From an uncultured Candidatus Binatia bacterium (GTDB taxonomy: Bacteria; Desulfobacterota; Binatia; Bin18): a DNA stretch of 64,000 nt. Made by a program: the position numbers and the translations under genes. The stretch spans positions 1,120,001 through 1,184,000 of the forward strand of contig OZ241744.1 of assembly GCA_965200965.1 (NCBI GenBank). The letters are read 5' to 3'. Below the pieces are notes generated by a model. The model was not told where the DNA came from and ran no database searches. It saw only the letters and a list, made by a program, of their open reading frames with translations. This document shows, one piece after another, positions 47,787-58,197 of this stretch (position 1 is the first letter of the stretch; every line of letters begins with the position of its first letter).

Positions 47787-47794
47787 GACTCACC

Positions 47795-48229
47795 TCAGAA
47801 CTGGTTTTGCATGGACTCAGGCTCTGGCCCCGGTGGCTCACGGTGGAGCCAGTAGCTGGCCGCGGTCGGGTCGGCACGCAGACGCAGCGGGTCCTTGCCC
47901 AGGGCGCGCATGATGAGGCCGGTCGGCGTCACCACCGCGAAGTAGATCACCGCCAGGATGACCGGGCTGACGAGGCGGTGGAGAAGCAGGCCGAGCCTGA
48001 ACCAGACCGTGTTGAACGGGGCCAGCGCCTCGGCCTTGACCAGCGTCACTGCCAGCACCACACCGGCAAGGGCCAGCGCCCAGCCGCGGGGCGGGCCACC
48101 GCCAAGCAGCGGAAACAGACCGATCACGACAAACAGGGCGACGAAGACGGCACCGAAACTGCGCTCTGAACTCCTCGCGCCCGCTTCGTCGTCTGTCAGC
48201 CGCTCGTGGGACTGCATCCGTTTCGGCAT
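47795..48229 (-). CDS. SxtJ family membrane protein
   Basis: 144 aa; ERSFGAVF, W.RLGLLL..LVSPVILAVIYFAVVTP.GLIMR..GKDPL.L, SYW, M.NQF end. Confidence 0.9.
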   Translation of the reverse strand: MPKRMQSHERLTDDEAGARSSERSFGAVFVALFVVIGLFPLLGGGPPRGWALALAGVVLAVTLVKAEALAPFNTVWFRLGLLLHRLVSPVILAVIYFAVVTPTGLIMRALGKDPLRLRADPTAASYWLHREPPGPEPESMQNQF

Positions 48230-48427
48230 ACCACAAGTCTTTCTCTCCAGGAGCCCATCGGGTTAGACATCCGGCGGTCAAACACACTACAGCCCCCGAG
48301 AGAGGCAAGTCTATCAAAAACGCAGGTCTCAACCAAGTATGAGGCATGAATGCCGGAGAACGGGTCAAAATCCGCCTGGACCTTGGGACGAGGATGAAAG
48401 GCCGAGGGCCGTCGATCTGGGGCGGGT

Positions 48428-49306
48428 TCATAGACGCAACTCGGCCGGTTCAATGTCAAGTGTGGTCACCCGGCGCAGTTCACGGGGGTATGTGGTGTCC
48501 TCAAAGGGCTGGGCGCGGTGCATGGTGGCCCGGTTGTCGTAGATTACCAAGTCGCCGACATGCCACCCGTGCCGATAGACAAAGGCCGGCTGGGTGGCGT
48601 GTTCAATCAACTCCAGCAGCAGCAGTCGGCCTTCGGGGAGCGGCCAGTCCATGATCTTCGAGGCGTGGGCGGCAATGTAGAGCGACTTGCGCCCTGAGCT
48701 TGGCAGGGTCCGAATCAGGGGGTGGACTGCGCCCTCCAGAATCTCTTGCTCTTGTGGCGAGAACTCAAAGCCCAGGACTTGGCGCGAGTGGGCGATTGAA
48801 TGGTGGGCCCGCAGGCCCTCCAGCCGGGCTTTCAGCTCGGGCGATAAGGCGTCGTAGGCCGCCCGCATATCGGCATATTCGGTATCGGCCCCGACCGGCG
48901 GGATGACCCGGGCGAACAGCATGGAATAGCGCCCGGGCGGGTCCTGGAAGGAGGCGTCGGTGTGCCACAGCCGATTACCCAGACCGTACATGCGCCGGCG
49001 GTCGTCGGCCGGCTGAATCTGGCCGTCGTCGGTCAGGTTTGAGACATCGGCCAGGGCTTCGTTGCCAAAGCGGTTCTTTTTGAGGGCGCTGATGCCGGTC
49101 TTGGTGTGCAGCTTGCCGTCCAGCCGACGGGCAAAGGCCAAGTGCTCCTCATCGCTGAAGCGCTGCTCCCGGAAGACCAGCAGCGCGTATTCGTCCATGC
49201 CGGCCCGGAGTTCGGCCAGAGTTTGCCGGTCGTGAACCCGGCGGAGATCAAGCCCAGCCACCTCAGCGGCAAAATGGGGGTGCAGTTTCCGAAATGTCAC
49301 AGCCAT
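48428..49306 (-). CDS. TauD/TfdA family Fe(II)/2-oxoglutarate dioxygenase
   Basis: WHTDASF (HxD), GDLVIYDNRATMHRA. Confidence 0.93.
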   Translation of the reverse strand: MAVTFRKLHPHFAAEVAGLDLRRVHDRQTLAELRAGMDEYALLVFREQRFSDEEHLAFARRLDGKLHTKTGISALKKNRFGNEALADVSNLTDDGQIQPADDRRRMYGLGNRLWHTDASFQDPPGRYSMLFARVIPPVGADTEYADMRAAYDALSPELKARLEGLRAHHSIAHSRQVLGFEFSPQEQEILEGAVHPLIRTLPSSGRKSLYIAAHASKIMDWPLPEGRLLLLELIEHATQPAFVYRHGWHVGDLVIYDNRATMHRAQPFEDTTYPRELRRVTTLDIEPAELRL

Positions 49307-49464
49307 GCCGGGCCCCTCCTTGTCATGCGGCCCGCTCAGGATGACAGAAGCCTACGGTTTTCCAGGCCCGGAGTCAACGAAGCCGGTCGCCGCTCGAACG
49401 GGCATAGCCCTGCCCAGCCTGAACCGCTATGCTCTCTTGTCAAAAGACGACACAGGAGGTCGGT

Positions 49465-50340
49465 ATGGATATCGGAAACCTTGGCATCTGGTTTTTTCTG
49501 GACAGCATGAGCGCCCCGGACAGCACGGCCTTTGCCCAATCGGTCGAAACAGCCGGCTATAAGACGCTGTGGATTCCCGAGGCGGTCGGGCGCGAGCCGT
49601 TTGCCCACGCCGCCTATCTGCTCAGCAACACGGAAACCCTCAACTTGGCCACCGGCATTGCCAATATCTGGGCGCGGGACGCCTACACGATGGCCACGGC
49701 CACCAACACGGTCGCCGAGCTGTCGGGCGGCCGCTTTGTGCTGGGCATTGGCGTCAGCCATAAACCGCTGGTCTCCAATCTGCGCGGCCACAGCTACGAC
49801 AAGCCGTACAGCTATATGAAGGACTACCTGCCCAAACTCAAGGATGTCTTCTATCAGGCCCCCAAGCCGGCAGAGCCGGCCCCAATCCTCATCGCCGCCC
49901 TGCACCCCAAGATGCTGACCCTGTCCGCGGAGCAGGCCCAGGGCACACATACCTATTTTGTACCGCCCGAGCATACGGCCAAGGTCCGGGCCCAGATTGG
50001 CCCCGAGCCGTGGATCTGCGCCGCCCAAGCCGTTATTCTGGAAACGGACGCGACCAAGGCGCGGGCCGCCGCCCGGCAATACATGAAAACCTATGTCCCC
50101 CGGCTGCCCAATTACACCAGGAACCTGAAAAATCTGGGCTGGCCGGACGAAGCCTTTGAGGACGGCTGTAGCGACGCCCTCGTTGATGCCATTGTCGCCT
50201 GGGGGAGCGAGGAAAAAATCCAGGATCGCATTGACGCCCATCTCAAAGCCGGCGCGACCCATGTGTGCCTGCTGCCGATTCGGGCCGACGACGAAGCCCT
50301 GCCCGACCCGCGCGTTGTCGAAGCCTTCGCCCAGCGCTAA
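49465..50340 (+). CDS. Luciferase-like (LLM) probably F420-dependent oxidoreductase
   Basis: AGGAGG RBS then ATG 49465; LWIPEAVGREPF, ATGIANIWARD, GRFVLGIGVSH, HLKAGATHV. Confidence 0.9.
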   Translation: MDIGNLGIWFFLDSMSAPDSTAFAQSVETAGYKTLWIPEAVGREPFAHAAYLLSNTETLNLATGIANIWARDAYTMATATNTVAELSGGRFVLGIGVSHKPLVSNLRGHSYDKPYSYMKDYLPKLKDVFYQAPKPAEPAPILIAALHPKMLTLSAEQAQGTHTYFVPPEHTAKVRAQIGPEPWICAAQAVILETDATKARAAARQYMKTYVPRLPNYTRNLKNLGWPDEAFEDGCSDALVDAIVAWGSEEKIQDRIDAHLKAGATHVCLLPIRADDEALPDPRVVEAFAQR

Positions 50341-50514
50341 GCGCGGCCAGATGGGCCAGGAGCAAGCCAAGAGGTGTCAAGGAATAGACCGCCGGAAGCT
50401 GAAGAGCGGGTCACAGCCCTCCGCACAACCATCCGAGCCCCAAACCGCCCAGCCCGTCACGAGTCCGGGCCGGACCTGTTTTTCCGGGACTGGCGAGCCG
50501 CGGGCCGCTGGACC

Positions 50515-51627
50515 TCAGGCCAAGCCGTAGACACCGGCCGCGGTGTCGCGGACGATCTTGCGCAGATCGGCTGCCGGCAGACCGCCCAGCCGCTTGGTCA
50601 CAATCTCGTGCGAACGGGGAAAGGTGGCCGCGGTGTGGGGATAGTCTGACGACCACATGGTGTTGTCCGGCCCATAGCGGTGCAGTGAATCAACGAACAC
50701 CGGATCGGCGATAAAGGTGGCGTAGACCTGACGCTTGATATAATCGCTGGCCCGCATGGGCAGCTTCATATTGCCCAGCGAACCCAGGCGATGCTGGACC
50801 GTATCGAGCCGGTACATGAAATACGGCATCCAGCCGACATCATTCTCAGCCGAGACAATTTTCAGCTTGGGGAACTTCTCCAGCACCCCGCCGTACACCA
50901 GCACCGAAATCGAGCGCTCAATCTGGTGGTGCAGGGTTGCCAGCGACAGCAGAAAGGCGTTGCCACCGGCCGGGTTCGCCCCGGTCCCGCTCCGGGCGGT
51001 CAGAATATGCAGCGACAGCGGCATGGCGAGGTCCTGAGCGGCGGCCCAGAACGGCTCATAATCGGGGTGGCTGTAGGGACGGGCATCGGGCGGCTCGGCC
51101 CAGATCATCGCCCCCCGCATGCCCAGCTTGGCGATGCGCTGGAGTTCGGCCACCGCCGAAGGAATATCCTCAAGGGTGATCAGCCCCAGCGGAATCAGCC
51201 GCTTCAGGTCATAGCTGCAATACTCGGTGGCCCAGTCGTTAAACGCCTTGAAGCACGAGAAGCGCAGCTCGGCATCGTCCAGCCCGAACAGCGGCATGCC
51301 CATTGAGGTGTAGATCACCTCGGCGTCCACGCCGTCGCGGTCCTGGTCAGCAATCCGGTAGGCTGGGTCCCAGACGCTCTTGGGGGCTTGGTCAAAGCTC
51401 TTCTTGTTATGCTCCTTGAGTTCGCCCGAGGGCACACCGGCACCAAAAAAGCCGGCCACCGACATGGGGGTGATGTTCTCACACACAAACCACTCGCCCT
51501 GACGGCCGCCCAGCCCCACGACCGTCTTGGGAGCGCGGTCACGAAACTTCTGGTCTATGCGCTCGGCCCACATGGTGGGCGGCTCAACAAAATGCGAATC
51601 TGCCGAGATCAGCTTGTAGTCTGCCAT
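50515..51627 (-). CDS. Amidohydrolase family 2 protein
   Basis: True start MADYKLISADSHFVEP (GAGGAGG RBS); LSLHI, WSSDYPH. Confidence 0.92.
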   Translation of the reverse strand: MADYKLISADSHFVEPPTMWAERIDQKFRDRAPKTVVGLGGRQGEWFVCENITPMSVAGFFGAGVPSGELKEHNKKSFDQAPKSVWDPAYRIADQDRDGVDAEVIYTSMGMPLFGLDDAELRFSCFKAFNDWATEYCSYDLKRLIPLGLITLEDIPSAVAELQRIAKLGMRGAMIWAEPPDARPYSHPDYEPFWAAAQDLAMPLSLHILTARSGTGANPAGGNAFLLSLATLHHQIERSISVLVYGGVLEKFPKLKIVSAENDVGWMPYFMYRLDTVQHRLGSLGNMKLPMRASDYIKRQVYATFIADPVFVDSLHRYGPDNTMWSSDYPHTAATFPRSHEIVTKRLGGLPAADLRKIVRDTAAGVYGLA

Positions 51628-51759
51628 ATTGCATTCCTCCTCATGTGTTCTGCTCCCTCTTGTACGCCACCTCAGCAAGGTTTTCCAGGGCGGTCGCGTC
51701 TTCCCCGGCACACTTGGCGTGTGGTATAGTACCCCAGAGAAACACAGGAGGATATGGTC

Positions 51760-53223
51760 ATGCGTGTTGCAGTCGGCGGCTACCTGCTTGCGGTCAATAC
51801 CTTTGTTGAGCAGCGAATAGGTCTGGAGTTGTTTCAAAGGTCGGTTGTGAGCGGGGATGCCTTGCTCAGCGCGGGGAGCGGGGACAGCGCCATCTATGGC
51901 TTTCTGGAAGGTGCCCGGGCGCGGCAGTGGGAGGCCGTGCCGCTCCAGTTCATGTTTCCGGGCATTGGCGGCAAAGCCACCCGGGACGCCCACGAATGGG
52001 CCAAAGAGGCTTTTGTGCGCCAGCTGCGCCGGACCGGGCCGGTTGACGGCGTCTTTATCCAGCTCCACGGCACCGGCGCGGCCGAGCATGTGGACGACTG
52101 TGAGGGCGACCTGCTGGCCGCCATACGCGAGACGGTCGGCGATAAGGTCGTGGTCATGGCTTCCTTGGACGGCCACGCCAATGTCACCCCGCTGATGGTT
52201 GATCAGACCGACATGTTGCTCGGTGTCAAAACCAACCCGCACTACGACTTTGTGCCGATTGGCCGCAAGGCGGCCCAGGTGATGGCCGGGATGTTGGACG
52301 GCAGTCTGTCGCCGACCGCGGTCCGCGCCCAGCCGGCCATGGCCCCGGCCCTGCAAAAACTCTATATTGCGCCCGGCTGGCCGATGGAACACCTGATGCG
52401 TCAGGCCCAGAATCTGGCCGCCAGCCACCCGCGCGTACTTGACGTGTCGCTGCTGGAAGGCTTTTTCTGCTCAGAGATTGTGCATACCGGCATGAGCGTG
52501 GTGGTCACCACCGACGAGGAACCAAACTTGGCCCGGGATATTGCCGAGCAGGTCAAAGAGGCGTGTTGGGCCAAGCGGCAGTCCTTTCATACCGACATGG
52601 TGTCGGTAGAAGAGGCCGTCCGCGAGGCAATAGCGACCGAGGTCGGTCCGGTCATTCTGGGCGACTTGGCCGATAGCGGTGGGGCTGGCACGCCGGGGGA
52701 CGGCACAGCCATTCTGGCGGAGTTCATCAAACAGGGTGTGAGGGACGCGGTCATCGGCAATATCGCCGACGCCGAGGCCGTCCAAACCGCCATACAGGCC
52801 GGTATTGGCAAGACCGTCAGCCTCAGCGTCGGCGGCAAGGCGGATCGGTTTCACGGCGACCCGGTCGAGATCAGCGGCCGGGTGCGCTCCATCCATGAGG
52901 GCGTCTTTACTACCGGGACGGCCTTCATCTCCATGACCTTTCGCCGTGGCCCGACGGTGGTGCTTGACTGCGGCGGGATTGAGGTCATTCTGACCTCGCG
53001 GCCGGTGCTGGTGTTTGAACCCAATCACTTTCGCAGCCTGGGGATTGAGCCGACCGAGCGCAAAATCCTGGCCTGCAAAGCCGAGATGCAGCACCGGGCC
53101 GGCTTTGCCAACATCGCCGCCAAAATTATCGACGTGGATACGCCCGGTCTGGCCACCCAAATCCTGTCACGCCTGCCGTATGCAAAAATTCGGCGGCCGG
53201 TGTTCCCCCTGGACGATATCTAG
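51760..53223 (+). CDS. M81 family metallopeptidase (MlrC-like)
   Basis: PVDGVFIQLHG, EGDLL, SLDGHANVT, NPHYD, DSGGAGTPGDGT, RRPVFPLD. ATG 51760 has better RBS spacing than 51754. Confidence 0.9.
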   Translation: MRVAVGGYLLAVNTFVEQRIGLELFQRSVVSGDALLSAGSGDSAIYGFLEGARARQWEAVPLQFMFPGIGGKATRDAHEWAKEAFVRQLRRTGPVDGVFIQLHGTGAAEHVDDCEGDLLAAIRETVGDKVVVMASLDGHANVTPLMVDQTDMLLGVKTNPHYDFVPIGRKAAQVMAGMLDGSLSPTAVRAQPAMAPALQKLYIAPGWPMEHLMRQAQNLAASHPRVLDVSLLEGFFCSEIVHTGMSVVVTTDEEPNLARDIAEQVKEACWAKRQSFHTDMVSVEEAVREAIATEVGPVILGDLADSGGAGTPGDGTAILAEFIKQGVRDAVIGNIADAEAVQTAIQAGIGKTVSLSVGGKADRFHGDPVEISGRVRSIHEGVFTTGTAFISMTFRRGPTVVLDCGGIEVILTSRPVLVFEPNHFRSLGIEPTERKILACKAEMQHRAGFANIAAKIIDVDTPGLATQILSRLPYAKIRRPVFPLDDI

Positions 53224-53229
53224 GCGGGG

Positions 53230-53781
53230 CTAAAAGCCTTTGACCCCCTTATCGAGCTGGACGCCAAAGGTGTTGAGGGCCATTGACACCAGATTGTACT
53301 GACCAACGGTGAACACCACATCCATCAACTGCTGGGTGGTATAGCGCTCGCTCAGGGCCGCCCAGGTGGCGTCGCTGATCAAGGCCTCGGCGTGCAGTTC
53401 GTCCGCGGCACGCAGCAGGCTGGCGTCAAACGGGTCCCAGGCCGGGTCGTCGGGGCCGTGTTTGATCCGGGTGATCTCCTCATCGCTGAGGCCGGCTTGG
53501 CGACCAAACAGCACATGCTGGCCCCACTCATACTCGGCCTGACACAGCCAGCCGATCCGCAGAATCAGCAATTCCCGTTCGCGGGGAGCGAGGGTCTGGG
53601 TATCGCCCATGACGTGAAAAGCCCACACATTGAACTTCCTGGCCGCCTCCCAGTGCCGGGCCAGGGTCCCGATCACGTTGTAGACAACCCCCTCTCTATA
53701 GCGGGGCTCCAAGGTCTCTCGCTGTTCGTCGGTCCACTCCGCTTCGGTTAGGGGCTCAATCCGGGGTTGTGACAGTTTCAT
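53230..53781 (-). CDS. Carboxymuconolactone decarboxylase (AhpD-like) family protein
   Basis: RERELLILRIGWLCQAEYEWGQH, LRAADEL, VGQYNLVSMALN. Confidence 0.9.
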   Translation of the reverse strand: MKLSQPRIEPLTEAEWTDEQRETLEPRYREGVVYNVIGTLARHWEAARKFNVWAFHVMGDTQTLAPRERELLILRIGWLCQAEYEWGQHVLFGRQAGLSDEEITRIKHGPDDPAWDPFDASLLRAADELHAEALISDATWAALSERYTTQQLMDVVFTVGQYNLVSMALNTFGVQLDKGVKGF

Positions 53782-53990
53782 ACGCCGCTCTCCTGTTCTC
53801 TGTCTCGGCCAAGCGGGCCGGGACGGTCTGTGTCAATCCCGACCTCCTTAGCATGACACCGCTCAGGAGAGAAACCCGGCGGTGTCAGAGCCGAGCGGCG
53901 TACTCCCGCCTCAGCCCTCTTTGGCTTGACAAGCCCCAGAGGCATCTACTGGAACGGGTCGGGCAAACGCCACCACAGGTAGGGACTGTT

Positions 53991-54377
53991 ATGGGCTTAC
54001 CGAACGGAGTGCATCATCTGGCCATTTGTACCAGGGACATGAAAGCTCAGATCGAGTTTTTCACCCAAGTGCTCGGCATGGAGATGTTGGAAGTCTCAAC
54101 CTCAGAGGGGCGGGCGATTGACCAGGAAGCCTGGATTGATCCTGAAGTCGTCAGGCTGAACGGCATCAACCCACAAGAACTGGAACGCTACAAACGTCCC
54201 CCGGCGTTTGAGTCGCGCCGCGGCACGGCCCAAAATCCAGCGGCTGATCCCGACAACCCGCCCATGCGTTTCCCGCCGGGCCGGGAAGTCATCTACCGCA
54301 TGTCCGATGAGGATGTCACCGCAAAGCTCAGCGAGACGACCCCGCCGGTTCAGCCTACGGCGGATTCACACAGGTAA
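53991..54377 (+). pseudogene. VOC/glyoxalase-family gene with probable in-frame internal deletion
   Basis: MGLPNGVHHLAICTRDMKAQIEFFTQVLGME (first VOC beta-alpha unit) runs directly into MLEVST..AWIDPEVV (last strand and tail); the central strands are absent. Confidence 0.65.
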
Positions 54378-54440
54378 GGCTGCGTAGCGCCGTCTCCGAA
54401 TCACTGCGGTTTCCCCTCAGCTTCCCGGCTATCTTTGGGC

Positions 54441-54848
54441 ATGAAACTCATCACATTCACCCAGGCCGGCTCGACCCGCATCGGTGTCCTTGACCAGACT
54501 GGTGTCGGTTGATACCCACTGTCCGCTCGGCCCGTGTATTGTCACCGCGGACGAAATCGGGACCCCCACAGCCTGGAACTCCAGACCTGGGTCAACGGCG
54601 AGGCGCGCCAACACTCAAACACGCGTGAACTGCTGTTCGATTGCTTTGATCTAGTCAAGCATCTTTCCACCCCATTTACGCTTGAGCCGGGCGATATTAT
54701 TTCGACCGGAACGCCGGGTGGCGTGGGTGCGGCCATGAAGCCACCCCGGTTTTTACAAGCCGGGGATATGGTCACGATCTCGATTGCCAACATTGGCCGG
54801 CTTGAGAATCAGGTCATTGCCGAGCCGGAAGGCACGCCGAGAATATAG
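54441..54848 (+). pseudogene. Fumarylacetoacetate hydrolase family pseudogene
   Basis: MKLITFTQAGSTRIGVLDQTGVG* is followed at once by DTHCPLGPCIVTADEI, a frameshift, then DPHSLELQTWVNGE..TLEPGDIISTGTPGGVG. The central half is missing. Confidence 0.88.
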
Positions 54849-54986
54849 GACAACACTCGCGCGTTTCACGCTGGGCGAGAGCCGCTCAGCTTCCGGTCTT
54901 GCTTCACGGTTTTGCATAGTGCGCAGGTCGGATTAGCGGAACGTAATCCGACAGGCCGATGTGTTGGCTCTCATGTGCGGCTCCCC

Positions 54987-55445
54987 CTACGGCTGGCCGG
55001 TTTCAACCAGTTCCAGGATCGTCCCGTCCGGGTCCTTGAAACACACGAAGCGTGCCGGTGGAGCGTCTGGTGGACTGAGCAAAACAGGTTCAGACACAAA
55101 CTCCACCCCGCGCGATTTGAGCGCTGTGACATCGGCGTCCATATCAGACGTAAGCAGCGCGATCCGAGCAATCCCAAGGTGGTACAAATGCGGATACGGC
55201 GCGGCGCTGTCACGCGGCTCTTTCCACTCCAACAGGTCGATCAGCGGGGTGGCCGGCGAGCCTTCCAACTGGAGCAGCGCGCCCCGGACATGATAGGGTG
55301 GCATACCCACCGCGGCCGCCACTTCGGGGGTGTTGCGCTCGGGCACCTCCCACATCACCTTGAAGCCCAGAAACTCGTAAAACTCTCGCGAGCGTTCATA
55401 ATCGCTACAGTTCACATTGACGTGCATCATCCCGGTGAGGTGCAT
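54987..55445 (-). CDS. VOC/glyoxalase family protein
   Basis: MHLTGMMHVNVNCSDYERSREFY..LGF..FKDPDGTILELVE; GAGGAGG upstream of ATG 55445. Confidence 0.88.
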   Translation of the reverse strand: MHLTGMMHVNVNCSDYERSREFYEFLGFKVMWEVPERNTPEVAAAVGMPPYHVRGALLQLEGSPATPLIDLLEWKEPRDSAAPYPHLYHLGIARIALLTSDMDADVTALKSRGVEFVSEPVLLSPPDAPPARFVCFKDPDGTILELVETGQP

Positions 55446-55622
55446 CCCTTTCCTCCTCAAGACGGCTCTGGGCGCGTGTCGCTACGGTGTCGGTGTGGCT
55501 GGGCGCGAAGGCGGCCCTCCTCCGCGCTTGTGGTTTTGTGGTGAAGCGCATATATGACACGAGCATGCTCCTGGCCGCGGGGAAGAACATAGCATCCACC
55601 ACCGACAAGGCAAGGAAAATCT

Positions 55623-56561
55623 GTGGAAAACTCGCCGCCTGTGTACACCCCTTGCCTGCCGCTTCCCAGCCACGGCTATATCCGCACCTTTGAGGCTGAG
55701 ATTGACTATCTCAAAGACACGACCCTGCGTATCCGGGGCGTCCAGACCGATTATCAGCACACGCTTGAGTATGACTGGCTAGTCCGCTTTCCCGACTACA
55801 CGATCTTACGCGTAGCGGCACGCCAGCCGGCCGGCGAGGTCGCATCGCCCCAACTGCTGAGCCGCTGCACGGCTCTTCAGGGCGCGCAGACCGGCCAGGG
55901 CTTCACCAGAGCCGCGCGCGCAGCCCTCGGCGAGTTGCCGGGCCATCGGCACCACCTGGCACTGGCGATTGATATGGCCCGGGTCAGCCTCCAGGCTTTT
56001 CCCGTTCCCAAGGGCGACCACGAGCGCTTTGCCGCCGCAGCCACCGGGCTGGCCCCGGGCCCAAGCCGGGTCGCCCGCATGGCCTGGGAACGGGACCGGG
56101 TTGAATGGTCCGGGATCTGTAATTCGTGCTATGCCTACCGTGACGAGTCCGTGGCCCTGTTCGCCCAACGCCCGGTCAGCTGCTTCAACCTTGACCTGGC
56201 TTCCCCCGAACCCGGCCAACACCGGTTTTTCTGGCGCACAAAGCGTCTGCGCATCGCCGAGCGCGAGGACGGCTCAGGCTTTTCGTGCCGCAACGACATG
56301 AACGACACCTTCCACCAGCTCGGGGTGTCGTTTGACATTGAGGCTGACGGTACGATTGGCGCTGCCACAAGCCACTGGCAACGGCTCCCCTATGAGGGTA
56401 TCTGCGAGGATGTCCAGACCCGGGCACCGGGCCTGATCGGCAAGAAACTTGACAAAGGCTACGCCCGGCTGCTGGCCGCGCATGTTGGCGGGCGGTCCGG
56501 CTGTAGCCATCTGTTTGATCTATCAGTTGATTGTGTGCGCTTTTTTGAATGGCCGGACTGA
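55623..56561 (+). CDS. DUF2889-like domain protein (two repeats)
   Basis: 312 aa; DTFHQL, PYEGIC, GGRSGCSHLFDL in the C-terminal half with a degenerate N-terminal copy. Confidence 0.72.
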   Translation: MENSPPVYTPCLPLPSHGYIRTFEAEIDYLKDTTLRIRGVQTDYQHTLEYDWLVRFPDYTILRVAARQPAGEVASPQLLSRCTALQGAQTGQGFTRAARAALGELPGHRHHLALAIDMARVSLQAFPVPKGDHERFAAAATGLAPGPSRVARMAWERDRVEWSGICNSCYAYRDESVALFAQRPVSCFNLDLASPEPGQHRFFWRTKRLRIAEREDGSGFSCRNDMNDTFHQLGVSFDIEADGTIGAATSHWQRLPYEGICEDVQTRAPGLIGKKLDKGYARLLAAHVGGRSGCSHLFDLSVDCVRFFEWPD

Positions 56562-56721
56562 CAGGTGTCTCAGGCCGCCTGATTCTGCCACTCAAGGGCG
56601 GCTTTCACCGCGACATCGGCCATACGGACGGGCCCCGGGCCACAATGCTCATTCCCGCTCCGCCTCCTCTTCCACAAGGTCCCCCACCCTGCTAGAGTGT
56701 CGCGCGACAAGGAGGGAGCTT

Positions 56722-58197
56722 ATGCCAACCCAGCGATTCGCCCCAATGACCAAAGATTTTCCGACTTTTGACTGTGACGCCCATGTCACCGAGCCACCCT
56801 GGATCTGGGAGCGGGCCAAAGAGTGGCTGAGCAAGGACGAACTCGAAGCCCTCAAGACCACCATGTGGTTTGACGCTGAGTCCAAGCAGCTCATCGTCAA
56901 CGGGACTGCCGGGGCCGGGCTGGGCTCTCAGAAGATCGGCGGGACGCCCGGCATCGTCAACGTGCTCTCTCTGGCCGGCCCCGGGCTCAAGCACGACATC
57001 CAGCGCGCCTTCAATGTCCGCAACCTCAATCCCACCACCGCCCTAAGCGCCGAGCAGGCCGACTACCTCGACCACAAAGGCTCCTACAAACCCGCCGAGC
57101 GGCTGCACGACATGGACCTCCAGGGCATTGACCAAGTCATGATTATCCCCACAGATATTGACACCTACCCCTGGCTGCCCAACGCCCTGGGGGCCAAAGC
57201 CATGTGCAAAGCCTACAACGAATGGGCCTATGACTATTGCCAGGCCAACCCCCAACGCCTCTTCTTTGCCGCCCTGCTGCCTATGCAAGACCCCAAGTTT
57301 GCCGCGGAGGAGGTCTACCGGGTAGCGGCCAAGGGCTGTCGGGTGGGTTTGGTGCGGCCGGTGGACGCGCTGGGCAACTATCCCTTGCAACCCAAGTACG
57401 AGCCGGTGTGGCGAGCGATGGAAGAGACCGGGCTGGTCTACGGAATGCACCCCTTCCCGGCCTTTGGCGCACTCAAGCCGCCAGGCTATACCGAGCAGTA
57501 TTCCGGTGCCGAACTGATCGCCAAGACGATCCTCTCCTCGGGGCTGCCCCATTTCTTTTTGACCAACGTCCAGAACTTCCAGGCCGAAGCCGCCCTGTGG
57601 GTGACGCTGGTGCTGCTGTCGGGCTTCTTTGACCGCCATCCCAAGCTGCGCGCCGCGGTCTTTGAAGCCTCCTCTACCTGGCTCAGCTTCCTGCTTGACG
57701 AGTGCGACAAGTTCTACGCCCTGTACCGCAACGAGCGGGCCTTGCCGCCGCTTACCCGGCTGCCCAGCCAGACCTTTTTTGAGCACTGTGTGACCGGCTT
57801 TGAGGGTGACGAGGCCCCGCCGTCGCGGCTGCCCGAGTTCTACCGGGACATCCTGGCCTGGTCCTCGGATGTGTATCACCACGACGGGGATGATGCCTGG
57901 CGGGCGCTGGAGACCATGCAGGCGTGCGGCCTGCCAGTGGCATATCAGACGCAGTTTCTGGGGGCCAACGCCCGCAAGCTGTACAACATTGAGGCCCCGC
58001 GCGAGTTCATCCGGGAGCGCATGACCGAGTTGGAGCGGCCCGACTGGTGGCCAACCGAGGCGGAGGTCAAGCAAGCCCTCCGACCCGAAGCCGCCCTGCT
58101 CCGGCCCTACGGAGAGCGTGGCCGGCCGGCCACGCGCACAAGCGGCAACGGTCGGGCCACGACCCGGACCGACCTGAACCAAGGAGCCCGGGCATGA
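56722..58197 (+). CDS. Amidohydrolase family 2 protein
   Basis: AAGGAGGG RBS then ATG 56722; FDCDAHVTEP, RLHDMDLQGID, GMHP, WSSDVYHHD. Confidence 0.9.
   Translation: MPTQRFAPMTKDFPTFDCDAHVTEPPWIWERAKEWLSKDELEALKTTMWFDAESKQLIVNGTAGAGLGSQKIGGTPGIVNVLSLAGPGLKHDIQRAFNVRNLNPTTALSAEQADYLDHKGSYKPAERLHDMDLQGIDQVMIIPTDIDTYPWLPNALGAKAMCKAYNEWAYDYCQANPQRLFFAALLPMQDPKFAAEEVYRVAAKGCRVGLVRPVDALGNYPLQPKYEPVWRAMEETGLVYGMHPFPAFGALKPPGYTEQYSGAELIAKTILSSGLPHFFLTNVQNFQAEAALWVTLVLLSGFFDRHPKLRAAVFEASSTWLSFLLDECDKFYALYRNERALPPLTRLPSQTFFEHCVTGFEGDEAPPSRLPEFYRDILAWSSDVYHHDGDDAWRALETMQACGLPVAYQTQFLGANARKLYNIEAPREFIRERMTELERPDWWPTEAEVKQALRPEAALLRPYGERGRPATRTSGNGRATTRTDLNQGARA

Noticed and set aside
45783-48229. Saxitoxin or Nod-factor biosynthesis
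   Set aside because: sxtI/J/K-like trios are widespread outside toxin clusters; no sxtA/sxtG or nodABC here, and the context is envelope glycan genes.
50374-50450. Possible remnant of an NAD-dependent DNA ligase N-terminus (EAEERVTALRTTIRAPN)
   Set aside because: Only about 20 residues of weak resemblance, which cannot be supported without a search.
51628-52428. N-terminal 267 aa of ORF 50515..52428
   Set aside because: Antisense to the M81 peptidase; the amidohydrolase begins at 51627 with its own RBS.
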